This document shows, piece after piece, positions 28,812 to 38,130 of a stretch of DNA of 60,173 nucleotides. The position numbers were made by a program, and so were the translations under genes. The first letter of the stretch is position 1; every line of letters starts with the position of its first letter. The stretch comes from a bacterium UBP8_UBA6595 (GTDB taxonomy: Bacteria; Margulisbacteria; Marinamargulisbacteria; UBA6595), in assembly GCA_002433595.1 (NCBI GenBank), contig DJIL01000012.1:1-60173 (forward strand). Reading direction: 5' to 3'. Under the pieces are notes generated by a model. It was not told the origin of the DNA. It saw only the letters and a program-made list of their open reading frames with translations, and searched no databases.

Positions 28812-30091
28812 TGGGTATAAAAATTCCGTTTTTAGGTGATGGCATTGAGTCCGCCAATATATTAAGTATTGGCGTTCAGCCCGGCGATACAGTAGCCGTG
28901 GATGATATTATTTTGGAGCTTGAAACAGACAAGGCTGTAGCCCCTGTTCCAGCGACGCAGGCCGGTACTATTGAATCTATTTCAGTGTCAGTTGGTGATG
29001 TGGTTCATGAAGGACAAGTGATCGGTCAATTGTCTGGGGATAGCGAGGGTGCAACCGCGCCATCCCCGACTGGCGCGGCCCCCATTGGGGCCGCATCACC
29101 GGTACAACCGGTGGCGGTTGCGCCGATTGTTCATGCGCCTGTTTCTCAATCAGTAGTTGCACATCCCGTGGGGGATGCCTCTGCGGTTATTACATCCCCG
29201 TGGATTCGATCTTTGTGTACCCAGATTGGCTTGGATTTAGCGCGCGTGGTGCCTACAGGGCGGGGTAATCGAGTCGTTTTAGACGATATTCGACGATATA
29301 TAACTCAGTTGCAACAGCCCATTGCTGCACCACAGTCACAGGGTGTGGATAAGCCATTGGTAGAGACCTTACCCGATTTTTCAAAGTGGGGGCCAATTGA
29401 GTCGGAAACGGTATCGTCCTTACGCGTAAAAATTGCAGATAAAATGAGTAGTGCATGGCGTATTCCGCATGTGACACAGTTTCATGATGTGGATATTACT
29501 CAAGCGATGGCTTTGCGTAAGCAATGGAATGGTCAATACAAAGAAAAAGGCGCCAATCTAACGGTGACTGCGATGGCAGTTAAGGCTGTTGTATCTGCCC
29601 TTCAAGCGTTTCCAGCGTTTAATGCAAGTTTTGATGGAAAGCAATTAATTAAAAAAGCATATTATCATATTGGCATTGCAGTTGATACGGCCTCTGGCTT
29701 AATTGTACCGGTTATTCGGGATGCCGATCAGCTGTCATTATTTGAATTGGCAGTTCAAATTGGTACCGTAGCGGACAAAGCGCGGGAGCGTACGTTGACA
29801 GCAGCAGATTTGCAAGGCGGCACATTTACTATTTCAAATTTGGGGGGCTTGGGAGTGGGACCCTTTACGCCAATTATTAATACGCCAGAAGTGGGAATTT
29901 TAGGCTTAGGTCGTGGGGTGAAGCGCCCTATTGTAAATGCAGATGGCGACATTGGGATTGGCCTAATGCAGCCCTTGGCACTATCGTATGACCATCGGGT
30001 AATCGATGGAGCGGATGGCGCCCGGTTCATGACCCACTTATCGGATGCGTTGGCTAATTTAGAAGAAGCCGCAGTTAAGGAGTCATTATGA
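28811..30091 (+). CDS. aceF: dihydrolipoyllysine-residue acetyltransferase (E2), single lipoyl domain
   Basis: The lipoyl-Lys context is LETDKAV. An Ala/Pro linker and a subunit-binding domain follow, and the catalytic motif is DHRVIDGA. The start overlaps the aceE stop as TAATG. Confidence 0.9.
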   Translation: MGIKIPFLGDGIESANILSIGVQPGDTVAVDDIILELETDKAVAPVPATQAGTIESISVSVGDVVHEGQVIGQLSGDSEGATAPSPTGAAPIGAASPVQPVAVAPIVHAPVSQSVVAHPVGDASAVITSPWIRSLCTQIGLDLARVVPTGRGNRVVLDDIRRYITQLQQPIAAPQSQGVDKPLVETLPDFSKWGPIESETVSSLRVKIADKMSSAWRIPHVTQFHDVDITQAMALRKQWNGQYKEKGANLTVTAMAVKAVVSALQAFPAFNASFDGKQLIKKAYYHIGIAVDTASGLIVPVIRDADQLSLFELAVQIGTVADKARERTLTAADLQGGTFTISNLGGLGVGPFTPIINTPEVGILGLGRGVKRPIVNADGDIGIGLMQPLALSYDHRVIDGADGARFMTHLSDALANLEEAAVKESL

Positions 30092-31494
30092 ATAAAGTAA
30101 AGACTGATGTTGTTGTATTAGGGGCCGGCCCTGGGGGCTATGCAGCTGCATTTTATGCGGCAGATTTGGGGCTCAATGTTGTTTTAGTTGAAAAAGAACC
30201 CGCTTTGGGAGGCGTATGTCTAAATCGAGGGTGTATTCCATCCAAGGCGTTGTTGCATGCTACAGATGTGTATCATTCTGGACAGCAGGCGAGTGATATG
30301 GGAATTCAATTTGGTAAAGCTACGTTGGATTTAGATCAGCTTCGAACCTGGAAAAATGGGATTGTTGATCGATTGGGTGGCGGGGTGCGTCAACTGGCAG
30401 CCACACGCAACGTTACGGTTATAGCGGGTCGCGGGTATTTCGAAGGGTCTCAGCTGTTGCGTGTAGAGACCGAATCCGGTCAGCAATTTATAGACTATGA
30501 TAAGGCCATTATTGCCACGGGGTCTCGGCCCGCAATGCCACGTGCGTTTGATTTGGGTAGCCCACGCGTTATGACATCAACAGAAGCCTTAGATATTCAA
30601 CAGATTCCGGATAGTTTATTGGTTATTGGGGGTGGTTACATTGGTATGGAGCTAGGGATTGTGTACGCACGGATGGGTACATCCGTTAGTGTGGTTGAAG
30701 CCACGGAGCAATTGTTGTCAGGGGCAGACCCAGACTTGGTTCGTCCGGTTGAAAAAATGGCAGAACGTATGTTTTCAAGCATTCAGAAGTCCGTTAAAGT
30801 AAAAGAGATGGCAACCAAAAGCAAAAAAATTGAAGTTGTATTGGATGACAAGGGAACACTCAGTACGCATGCTTTTGATTCAGTGTTAGTGTCTGTGGGT
30901 CGTGCCCCCAATACAGATGCGTTAGGTTTAGAAAATACAGACGTTAAGTGCGATGAAAAAGGGTATATTAACGTGCATATGTATCAGCAAACTGACGATC
31001 CAAATATTTTAGCGATAGGGGATTGTGCCGGTGGGCTTTTACTGGCCCATAAAGCGAGTAAAGAGGCGCGCATTGCGGTAGAGGCCTTAACGGGTCGTCA
31101 ACCCACGACAGAATTCACAGTTCCGGCAGTTGTATTTACAGACCCAGAGTTAGCATGGGTGGGTTTAACAGAAGTAGAGGCAAAGGCCAGCAAGAAAGCA
31201 ATAAAAGTGGCTAAATTTCCATGGACCGCATCCGGCCGAGCGATGACTTTAGGCCGTACTGATGGTATGACAAAACTTATTGTTGAGCCAGATACACACA
31301 GAGTATTGGGGGTAGGTATTGTGGGTCCACATGCGGGAGATTTAATTAGCGAGGCGGCGATGGCCATTGAAATGCAGGCGACTGTTGAAGACATTGCGCA
31401 TATTGTTCATCCGCACCCCACATTATCAGAAAGCATGTTGGAAGCTGCCGAGGTTTTTTTGGGTCACTGTACTCACGTGGCTAGTGCACGATAA
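30088..31494 (+). CDS. lpdA: dihydrolipoyl dehydrogenase (E3)
   Basis: It has GAGPGGY, the redox-active disulfide CLNRGCIPSK, and HPHPTLSE near the C-terminus. The start overlaps the aceF stop as ATGA. Confidence 0.93.
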   Translation: MNKVKTDVVVLGAGPGGYAAAFYAADLGLNVVLVEKEPALGGVCLNRGCIPSKALLHATDVYHSGQQASDMGIQFGKATLDLDQLRTWKNGIVDRLGGGVRQLAATRNVTVIAGRGYFEGSQLLRVETESGQQFIDYDKAIIATGSRPAMPRAFDLGSPRVMTSTEALDIQQIPDSLLVIGGGYIGMELGIVYARMGTSVSVVEATEQLLSGADPDLVRPVEKMAERMFSSIQKSVKVKEMATKSKKIEVVLDDKGTLSTHAFDSVLVSVGRAPNTDALGLENTDVKCDEKGYINVHMYQQTDDPNILAIGDCAGGLLLAHKASKEARIAVEALTGRQPTTEFTVPAVVFTDPELAWVGLTEVEAKASKKAIKVAKFPWTASGRAMTLGRTDGMTKLIVEPDTHRVLGVGIVGPHAGDLISEAAMAIEMQATVEDIAHIVHPHPTLSESMLEAAEVFLGHCTHVASAR

Positions 31495-31516
31495 AGCACC
31501 CGCTAGACCCATATTT

Positions 31517-32506
31517 TTGTATGCAGCCACGATTGGGTTGGTATGGTTTTCCCTGATTAACTTATGGCCCTTCGTGGCATCCTTTTTTGAAGCGGTTGTA
31601 TTATTTGTTTTATTTAATTCACTGTATTTAAAATCCGAACGACTGATAGGGTCACGCATGGTGGCCGCTATGAGTGTTATTATGCTTACGTTTGTTATTA
31701 TTGTTGTGCCATTATTATTTGTTATTCCAACCTTGATTTCAAATGTTCCTCGTTTTTATAAAAGTTTGATGTGGTTTTTAGGGCAGCCTGTAGAGTGGCC
31801 AGGCTTTTTGCAGGTATTTGTTCAATCGAATACGTTTTTAGTGAACCAACTGTTGCCGGGCGCTGTGGGGCAACTGGTGTCTAAAAGTGGTGATTTTGTA
31901 TTGGCGGCAATTACCAACGTTGGTGGCTTTTTTATTAATATTATTATTATGTATGTTATTTTGTTTTTTGCTTTTACGGAGCAAAAACGATGGGTTCCGG
32001 GGGTTTTGTCGTATTGGCCGAGCAAGCATATTTATCTAGATAAAATCACTGATATTTTCCGAAAAACAATCCGGTCATTTGTTATTAGCACTGTGATTGT
32101 GGCTTTATTTCAAGGATTATCGTTGGGTGCTATGCTATTTATTACTGTAACCCCCAATGCATTTATTTTAATGTTAATTGCGTGTGTGTTGTCATTTGTT
32201 CCCATGATTGGGGTTCCATTCATATGGATTCCGGTGGCTGTGTACCATGTTATTCAGCATCAGCCAATTCAAGCGGCTATTATCTTGGTTATGGGGGTAT
32301 TAATTAGTAATCTCGACAACTTAATCCGGCCATGGGTGCAAAAACGTATTGGAAAAATTCACCCATTAACTACAATTTTTGGTATTATTATTGGGCTTCC
32401 GTTGTTTGGCATTTCAGGATTAGTCATTGGTCCTGTTATGATTGGTTTAACAGCCAGTCTGTCAGGGTTCGCATTGGAGCAATACAATCAAGACTTAATT
32501 GTTTAA
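31517..32506 (+). CDS. AI-2E (PerM/YhhT) family transporter
   Basis: It is a polytopic protein with an AI-2E-like layout. There is no ATG between the lpdA stop and the first TM segment, so I propose the in-frame TTG at 31517. The track start at 31367 would overlap lpdA by 128 nt. The start is uncertain. Confidence 0.7.
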   Translation: MYAATIGLVWFSLINLWPFVASFFEAVVLFVLFNSLYLKSERLIGSRMVAAMSVIMLTFVIIVVPLLFVIPTLISNVPRFYKSLMWFLGQPVEWPGFLQVFVQSNTFLVNQLLPGAVGQLVSKSGDFVLAAITNVGGFFINIIIMYVILFFAFTEQKRWVPGVLSYWPSKHIYLDKITDIFRKTIRSFVISTVIVALFQGLSLGAMLFITVTPNAFILMLIACVLSFVPMIGVPFIWIPVAVYHVIQHQPIQAAIILVMGVLISNLDNLIRPWVQKRIGKIHPLTTIFGIIIGLPLFGISGLVIGPVMIGLTASLSGFALEQYNQDLIV

Positions 32507-32537
32507 AGTATTCCGTGGGATGCTATACTAAAAGCTT

Positions 32538-34160
32538 ATGAATCGAGAACTCTTGGTTACTAGCGCGCTGCCTTATGCCAACGGCCCCCTGCATTTGGGG
32601 CATATGGTTGAATATATTCAAACAGATATTTTCGTTCGCTTTCAGCGTAGTGTTGGCCAAGTGTGTCATTATGTGTGTGCCGATGATGCTCATGGGACGC
32701 CAATTATGCTAAGTGCTCAAAAAAAAGGCGTTTCCCCGGAGGATTATATTCAAGAAATATACCATAATCACTGTGCTGATTTTGAGCGGTATCAGATCCA
32801 ATTTGATTACTATGGTCAAACTCATTGTGATGCGAATCAGGCACGCAGCGAGGCGTTTTTTAAGTTGGCAACCGAGGCAAATAAAATATACAAAAAAACC
32901 ATTGTTCAAATGTACTGTAAGGACTGCTCGTTATTTTTGCCCGATCGATTGGTTAGAGGTACGTGTCCACACTGCGGGACTTCGGATCAATATGGCGATG
33001 TATGTGAGCAGTGTGGGGTGACCTACAAACCGAATGATCTGATTGAGCCTCGGTGTGCGCAGTGTGGCGTTATACCGGTTATGAAAGATAGTGAACATTA
33101 TTTTTTTTCATTGCAGTCGTCTCAAGAATTTCTCATGCAGTGGCTGAACGCATCAGCGTTTCGTGATGATGTTAAAAATAAACTGAGTGAATGGTTTGAG
33201 GTAGGGCTTCAAGATTGGGATATATCGCGAGAAGCCCCCTACTTTGGATTTAAAATACCGGGTTCAGATCATTATTTTTATGTGTGGGTAGATGCCCCAT
33301 TTGGGTACATGGCCATGACGGATCAATTGGCAAAAGCGAATCCAGAGCAATCAGGTTTGCGGGACATTTGGTTTAAAGATACGGTAGAAATACATCATTT
33401 TATTGGTAAAGATATTTTATATTTTCATGGACTATTTTGGCCGGCAATGTTGTCAGTAATGGGCGCTAACTTACCCACTCAATTGCATGTTCATGGTTTT
33501 TTGACGGTTAATGGAGAGAAAATGTCTAAAAGCCGCGGTACATTTGTTTTAGCCAATACGTTCTCAGAACGCTATGAACCAGAATTACTCCGGTACTATT
33601 ATGCTTGTAAACTGGCTGGAGATATGAGGGACCTTGATTTTAATGAAATGGATTTTATTCATCGAATTAACGCCGATGTTTTGGGTAAATTTGTCAATAT
33701 TGGTAGCCGAACGGGATCGATTTTAAAAAAATCATTAAACAATCAACTATCAACACCAGATGCTTCTGGAGCTGCTGTCATAGCGTCAATTCTGGATCAA
33801 AAAAACACAATTTATGAGTATTATGATCATTTAAATTATAGTAAGGCAATGTCGGTAATTATGCGACTCTCAGAGCAGGTTAACGGGTATATTCATAATT
33901 CTGAGCCCTGGGCTTTGGTGAAGGATAACCCCAGGGCAGCTCAAGCCGTGTGCACAACAGCCATTCATGCTTGGCGATACTTGGCTATTTATTTGCAACC
34001 AGTCTTGCCCGGGCTTACCGGCAAGATACAAGGTATTTTAGCGATTGACTCATTAAATTGGGAATGTCTAGCTCAGCCACTACCCAATGGCCACATAATT
34101 TCCAATTATTATCATATTATTAAACGTATTGATGGTCCAACAACCAATTTATCGGGCTAA
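32538..34160 (+). CDS. metG: methionine--tRNA ligase (no C-terminal tRNA-binding domain)
   Basis: The HIGH-type motif is PLHLGH and the KMSKS motif is KMSKSRG. Zn knuckles occur at CPHCG...CEQCG...CAQCG. Confidence 0.93.
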   Translation: MNRELLVTSALPYANGPLHLGHMVEYIQTDIFVRFQRSVGQVCHYVCADDAHGTPIMLSAQKKGVSPEDYIQEIYHNHCADFERYQIQFDYYGQTHCDANQARSEAFFKLATEANKIYKKTIVQMYCKDCSLFLPDRLVRGTCPHCGTSDQYGDVCEQCGVTYKPNDLIEPRCAQCGVIPVMKDSEHYFFSLQSSQEFLMQWLNASAFRDDVKNKLSEWFEVGLQDWDISREAPYFGFKIPGSDHYFYVWVDAPFGYMAMTDQLAKANPEQSGLRDIWFKDTVEIHHFIGKDILYFHGLFWPAMLSVMGANLPTQLHVHGFLTVNGEKMSKSRGTFVLANTFSERYEPELLRYYYACKLAGDMRDLDFNEMDFIHRINADVLGKFVNIGSRTGSILKKSLNNQLSTPDASGAAVIASILDQKNTIYEYYDHLNYSKAMSVIMRLSEQVNGYIHNSEPWALVKDNPRAAQAVCTTAIHAWRYLAIYLQPVLPGLTGKIQGILAIDSLNWECLAQPLPNGHIISNYYHIIKRIDGPTTNLSG

Positions 34161-34963
34161 CCTAAAATTTTCATGGCTTCTTTATAGGCCGTATCAATGG
34201 CTTTAAATCCAGTATTTTGAACCATGGTTAATAGGCGGTTAATATTAACCATTTCAATATTTAGCGCAGCGGGATTCACATTGGATAATTCGCGCTGCTG
34301 ACCAAAAACAGTACTGGTAATGCTACCGTTCGGATTGTTAGCCGCTTCAATTTTATACGGTTCTCCCGTAATTCGGGATGCCCGATAAGACAAAATATCT
34401 TCAATGTCTAACTGTTCGGGATTGTGAAATTCAGCGACAGCCAATTGATATAATGGGGTGGGTGTATCAGAGTTTATATTAGACACAACCGTTCCATCTT
34501 CTAAAATACCAACGTTGGGGCTATCCGTAATATCTAAGGGAACCAATGATTCGCTTACTGTGCCATTTACAATTTTAAACCCCAACGCTTTTCGGCCGCG
34601 AATCCCGTAAAACACACGATTATCTTGTTGAATAGCGGAGAATTCCCCCGCACGAGTGAAAATACGTTCATTAGTACTGGATTGGGTGACAAATAAAGCA
34701 TTGCCTTTAATAGCAGCATCATTGACAGCCCCTGCACCCAAATCGCCTTGACCAAAGTTAAGCTTAACCGCAGCCATCACCCCCCCGCTTTTATCGGGAA
34801 TCATGGTCGTAATCATTTCCTTAAAACCAGAGGTGGACATATTACTAGCATTGCGCTGTAATATGTCAATTTGCTGCTGTGCCATAACCAAGCTTTGGGA
34901 TGATTGTGCGAGCATTGATGAAAAAGTGGCCATTGGCATTGTGGATGTGTTGTAACTATTCAT
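34157..34963 (-). CDS. flagellar basal-body rod/hook family protein (FlgG/FlgE-like, 268 aa)
   Basis: The N-terminal LQRNASNMSTSGFKE fits the axial-protein motif (ANNxANxNTxGFK). The C-terminal RELSNVNPAALNIEMVNINRLLTMVQNTGFKAIDTAYKEAMKIL fits the rod C-terminal motif. A strong AGGAGG SD lies 7 nt upstream. Its 3' end overlaps metG by 4 nt. Confidence 0.7.
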   Translation of the reverse strand: MNSYNTSTMPMATFSSMLAQSSQSLVMAQQQIDILQRNASNMSTSGFKEMITTMIPDKSGGVMAAVKLNFGQGDLGAGAVNDAAIKGNALFVTQSSTNERIFTRAGEFSAIQQDNRVFYGIRGRKALGFKIVNGTVSESLVPLDITDSPNVGILEDGTVVSNINSDTPTPLYQLAVAEFHNPEQLDIEDILSYRASRITGEPYKIEAANNPNGSITSTVFGQQRELSNVNPAALNIEMVNINRLLTMVQNTGFKAIDTAYKEAMKILG

Positions 34964-34975
34964 GTGGGTTTCCTC

Positions 34976-36775
34976 CTATACATTTGTACAAATAGACCGA
35001 TACATATCTGGGCGTATGTGCCCAGTTTCTGACTGACGGTGCCCAGGTTCTGTGGACGTGATACGCGCAAGTACACGCTGTAGTTGAGCGAGGCGTTCCA
35101 TTAACGCATGGCGTACAGAGGGCGGAAAGTTTGCGTCGTCTAGCATGCCGTAAATGCTGGCGCATTCTAACTCAACAATGGGGTATAGGGCACGATTCGC
35201 GCGAAGAATTCGGATGGATAAATTATGGGTACTAATGGGAACCCCCAAGCGTTGTAAATTTCGAATAACACTTTTTATTTTTTGATTGTTATTTTCCCAA
35301 TCAGTACCGGATTCAGTATGAAAAGATGCTTTTTCTAATAAAGCTTCATCGAGCATGGCCTGTAATTTTTGAATGGCTTGATGATTGGCTTGTGTGGTCA
35401 GCATGCGTTCAGTTTCCGTGTTATAAACACCCAATTTAATGCCGGTTCGTTTATCAAAAAAAAGCTTAAATTGTGCCATGAGACCAGCCATAAAAGATCC
35501 TGAAATGGCTAAATGCATTAAGTTGGCACGAATTCGATCCAGTATAATATTGGATTCGTCGTCTTGGGTGTATTGATACGCGTGGGAGTGATGGTCGGAT
35601 TCATTCGAGTGATCAGAGTCTCCAAAATCCAGTATCATATGCCCAAGGTCAAACAGATCAATAGCGGTTGTTTTATCAAACAAGGGATTATTTTGATCCG
35701 TAATAACCCCCAATTTTTTTGCATTTTCTAATAATTGATCCTGTAGTTGCTTAGGGTCTGACGACTGTCCCGAGGTGTTGGAGTCAGACGTGTGCTGTTT
35801 AACTATTGTCTGTAAGGCATAGAGTACTTCATCTTTCGCTTCATCTAAAATAGACGCATGCATGGTGTCAATTTCATCAGGTTGTCCCAGCTTTCTGGAC
35901 GATTTTAACGAATTAACTACAGATATGTAGCTGGATTCTAAAACTTTAGCATTCATAGTATCGGATACGGTTTTATTATTAATCGCAGACAAAAAGCCTT
36001 GAATAACCAATTGCTTCAGGTTTTGCTTTATACTTTTTTTCATTGCATTTTGAATAATTGACTGGCTAATAGATACTAAAGAATCAATGTCAGATTCACT
36101 AGCGCCTAATGCTATCATATCGGCCTTACTAATTGTATAGGATTTTTTAGTGCTTGCGTCATGATTGGCGGCGTTTTTTTGAATAGGATTTAAGTTAAAG
36201 ACACTTGCAACATAGTGCTGAGCCACGGCTTTAGCTGTTGTTTCCCCTGTTTTGAGACTGTGTTTGAGTTGTTTAATATTAGCTTGGGCTTGTTGATTAG
36301 CCATAATATCTAAATTAGCATTAATAGTGGGTGTGGGACTGGATAGTGTGCTAAGTGATTGCGTTAAACTAGCGTCGGTTTGCTTCGAAACGCTGAGCCG
36401 GTTTGTTTTTTTTCGTGTAGCTAATTGTTGATTCATTAACTGGTTTTTAATGGAGTGCTCAATTAATTGGGTTAAGCGCTGGATTTCCACTTTTAAGTAG
36501 TGATTATCCATATTTTTTTTATACATGCTTACGGAATCTTTGTGATTCGTGTATAGCAATTTTGACTGCTGGAAGACTTGGTCCAACTCATGCATGTTTT
36601 TTTGTACATGCTCAGCGTTTTTCATAGCTAATTGCTCTAATATTTTTTCACGCTGCTGTTTTTCAAGTTGTTGTTTTTCAAGTAGTTCTTGAACACGTTT
36701 TTCATCGTCATTTTCTATAGTGGATGGTTCAGTTTCATCCACTATAGAAATAGAATGGGGATTAATTGTACTCAC
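34976..36775 (-). CDS. hypothetical protein (599 aa), coiled-coil / Gln-Lys-Glu rich
   Basis: The GTG start overlaps the upstream stop as GTGA. It contains the LEKQQLEKQQREKILEQL coiled coil, the acidic/His patch DFGDSDHSNESDHHSHAYQYTQDDE, and a hydrophobic stretch LAISGSFMAGLMAQFKLFF. I recognise no family motif. Confidence 0.6.
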   Translation of the reverse strand: MSTINPHSISIVDETEPSTIENDDEKRVQELLEKQQLEKQQREKILEQLAMKNAEHVQKNMHELDQVFQQSKLLYTNHKDSVSMYKKNMDNHYLKVEIQRLTQLIEHSIKNQLMNQQLATRKKTNRLSVSKQTDASLTQSLSTLSSPTPTINANLDIMANQQAQANIKQLKHSLKTGETTAKAVAQHYVASVFNLNPIQKNAANHDASTKKSYTISKADMIALGASESDIDSLVSISQSIIQNAMKKSIKQNLKQLVIQGFLSAINNKTVSDTMNAKVLESSYISVVNSLKSSRKLGQPDEIDTMHASILDEAKDEVLYALQTIVKQHTSDSNTSGQSSDPKQLQDQLLENAKKLGVITDQNNPLFDKTTAIDLFDLGHMILDFGDSDHSNESDHHSHAYQYTQDDESNIILDRIRANLMHLAISGSFMAGLMAQFKLFFDKRTGIKLGVYNTETERMLTTQANHQAIQKLQAMLDEALLEKASFHTESGTDWENNNQKIKSVIRNLQRLGVPISTHNLSIRILRANRALYPIVELECASIYGMLDDANFPPSVRHALMERLAQLQRVLARITSTEPGHRQSETGHIRPDMYRSICTNV

Positions 36776-37710
36776 TGAACAACCCCAAGGGTTTTCAATC
36801 CCAATAAACGTTGATTTTTTTCGGCTTCCTGACTGCTAATTCGATGGGTATGCAATTGGTGCTCGAGCTGACGATTTAAATAATGACTCCGGGTTTTTAT
36901 TTTGTTGAAATAAATACCGATTCGGGCGTTCTTTTTTTCTAAAACATGACGAGGGTCAGGGTTAAAATCTGAAATCCGAACTTGAATACCTTCTGTTGTA
37001 TCTGAATTGTACCAATAGATTAATTGGTTATCTGTTTGTGTTTGTTCATCAAGAAAACTTGCGTGAATACGAACGAGTTGTTCCAGTTGAATGCGGGTTA
37101 TTCTTTCTGGCGTATACCAATTGTTTTGACCCAGCTTTTCCATGTGTATCGACAGCTCCTGACGAACTTTTTTTAGTGAACGCGTCAGTTTTCTTTGTTT
37201 CTTATGGTTTGAAACAATACACAACAATTCAATGTTATATTCATTCTCTTCAAATTTAGCTTTGTTTTCTTCAATAGATTTTTTAATAATATCGCGACGA
37301 CGCTTATCCAAATCACTGGCATCAACGCCAGCCGCCAATAGCACAGCGAGTAGGCCGTTTAGCTTCGCTAAGCTATAGTTAGCGATTAATACATTGGGCG
37401 ACTTGGACTGCATAACCATATGGTCATATTCAGACAATAACCGATCCACTTTAGAGGGGTCAAAAACTATTTGAATGGCCGGCCGCAGCGCTTTCCCAAC
37501 ATACTCAATAATACTGGAGAAAAAACTAGGGGCAGGGGCATCTAATTGTGTAGATTCCCATTTAAAAGCAACGCTAAATTCGACAGTATCTCGAAAATAT
37601 GAACGCGGGTTGCTTTCTTTTGTGCTTTCCTGGTTTTTCTTAGAGGATTGAGTAACTGACGGAGCGGACGATTGGTTGGCCACTTGTGTAGATTGATGGG
37701 GTTCTAGCAT
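36772..37710 (-). CDS. hypothetical protein (312 aa)
   Basis: The start overlaps the upstream stop as TAATG. The N-terminal 35 aa are Ser/Gln-rich and appear disordered. The central region is charged and helical. I recognise no family motif. Confidence 0.6.
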   Translation of the reverse strand: MLEPHQSTQVANQSSAPSVTQSSKKNQESTKESNPRSYFRDTVEFSVAFKWESTQLDAPAPSFFSSIIEYVGKALRPAIQIVFDPSKVDRLLSEYDHMVMQSKSPNVLIANYSLAKLNGLLAVLLAAGVDASDLDKRRRDIIKKSIEENKAKFEENEYNIELLCIVSNHKKQRKLTRSLKKVRQELSIHMEKLGQNNWYTPERITRIQLEQLVRIHASFLDEQTQTDNQLIYWYNSDTTEGIQVRISDFNPDPRHVLEKKNARIGIYFNKIKTRSHYLNRQLEHQLHTHRISSQEAEKNQRLLGLKTLGVVQ

Positions 37711-38045
37711 TAGTTCCCAGCAGCAGCTTTACTAGTATTTTCAATAATTTGCGTGGTTTTTTGAAGCATGACTGATATAATCTCACTGCCTCGCTCATAA
37801 AACTCTTCTTGAAACGTAATGGCGCGTAGTGTTTCGGGGTTTCCAGGAGACACGGGCCCCAAGCCTTCGACAAATACCAACAAATCATCAGAATCATCGT
37901 TATTTAAATTTCGAACGGTTGCATCCACGACCCCCGATTGAAAACGAAGTAATTCACTAAAATATGTCTTAGCAAGATCGAGTTCGTTGCTATTATGCTT
38001 CAGTTGAGGGTTAAATTGGAGAACTGGTATAGACACTTCAGACAT
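37710..38045 (-). CDS. hypothetical small acidic protein (111 aa)
   Basis: I prefer the ATG at 38045 (MSEVSIPV...), which has GGGAG 9 nt upstream. The track start is a GTG at 38051. The size and acidity resemble secretion chaperones or FlaG-type proteins, but only weakly. Confidence 0.55.
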   Translation of the reverse strand: MSEVSIPVLQFNPQLKHNSNELDLAKTYFSELLRFQSGVVDATVRNLNNDDSDDLLVFVEGLGPVSPGNPETLRAITFQEEFYERGSEIISVMLQKTTQIIENTSKAAAGN

Positions 38046-38130
38046 GTGCACACTCCCATTTGGTTATATTAATCATACTATAATATATATCGAAGCAATT
38101 CCGAGAAATCATGCATGCTATATAAACGAA

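Noticed and set aside
31367-31516. The TTG start at 31367 for the AI-2E transporter, which would overlap lpdA by 128 nt.
   Set aside because: The overlapped portion encodes a basic, non-membrane peptide unlike AI-2E N-termini. The in-frame TTG at 31517, just before the first TM segment, is more plausible, though this is unproven.
34976-36775. Naming the 599 aa protein as FlgK, FliK or FliD, and the 312 aa protein as FlgL.
   Set aside because: The sizes are suggestive. However, the conserved axial N-terminal motif, the FliK C-terminal Flg_hook pattern and the FliD features are not visible. A name would be unsupported without HMM or structure evidence.
38046-38130. A sigma28 (FliA) class promoter in front of the orphan/rod-protein operon.
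   Set aside because: A CGATAT-like -10 exists (TTCGATAT), but there is no TAAA at the required about 15 nt spacing. The region is only a generic AT-rich sigma70-like sequence.
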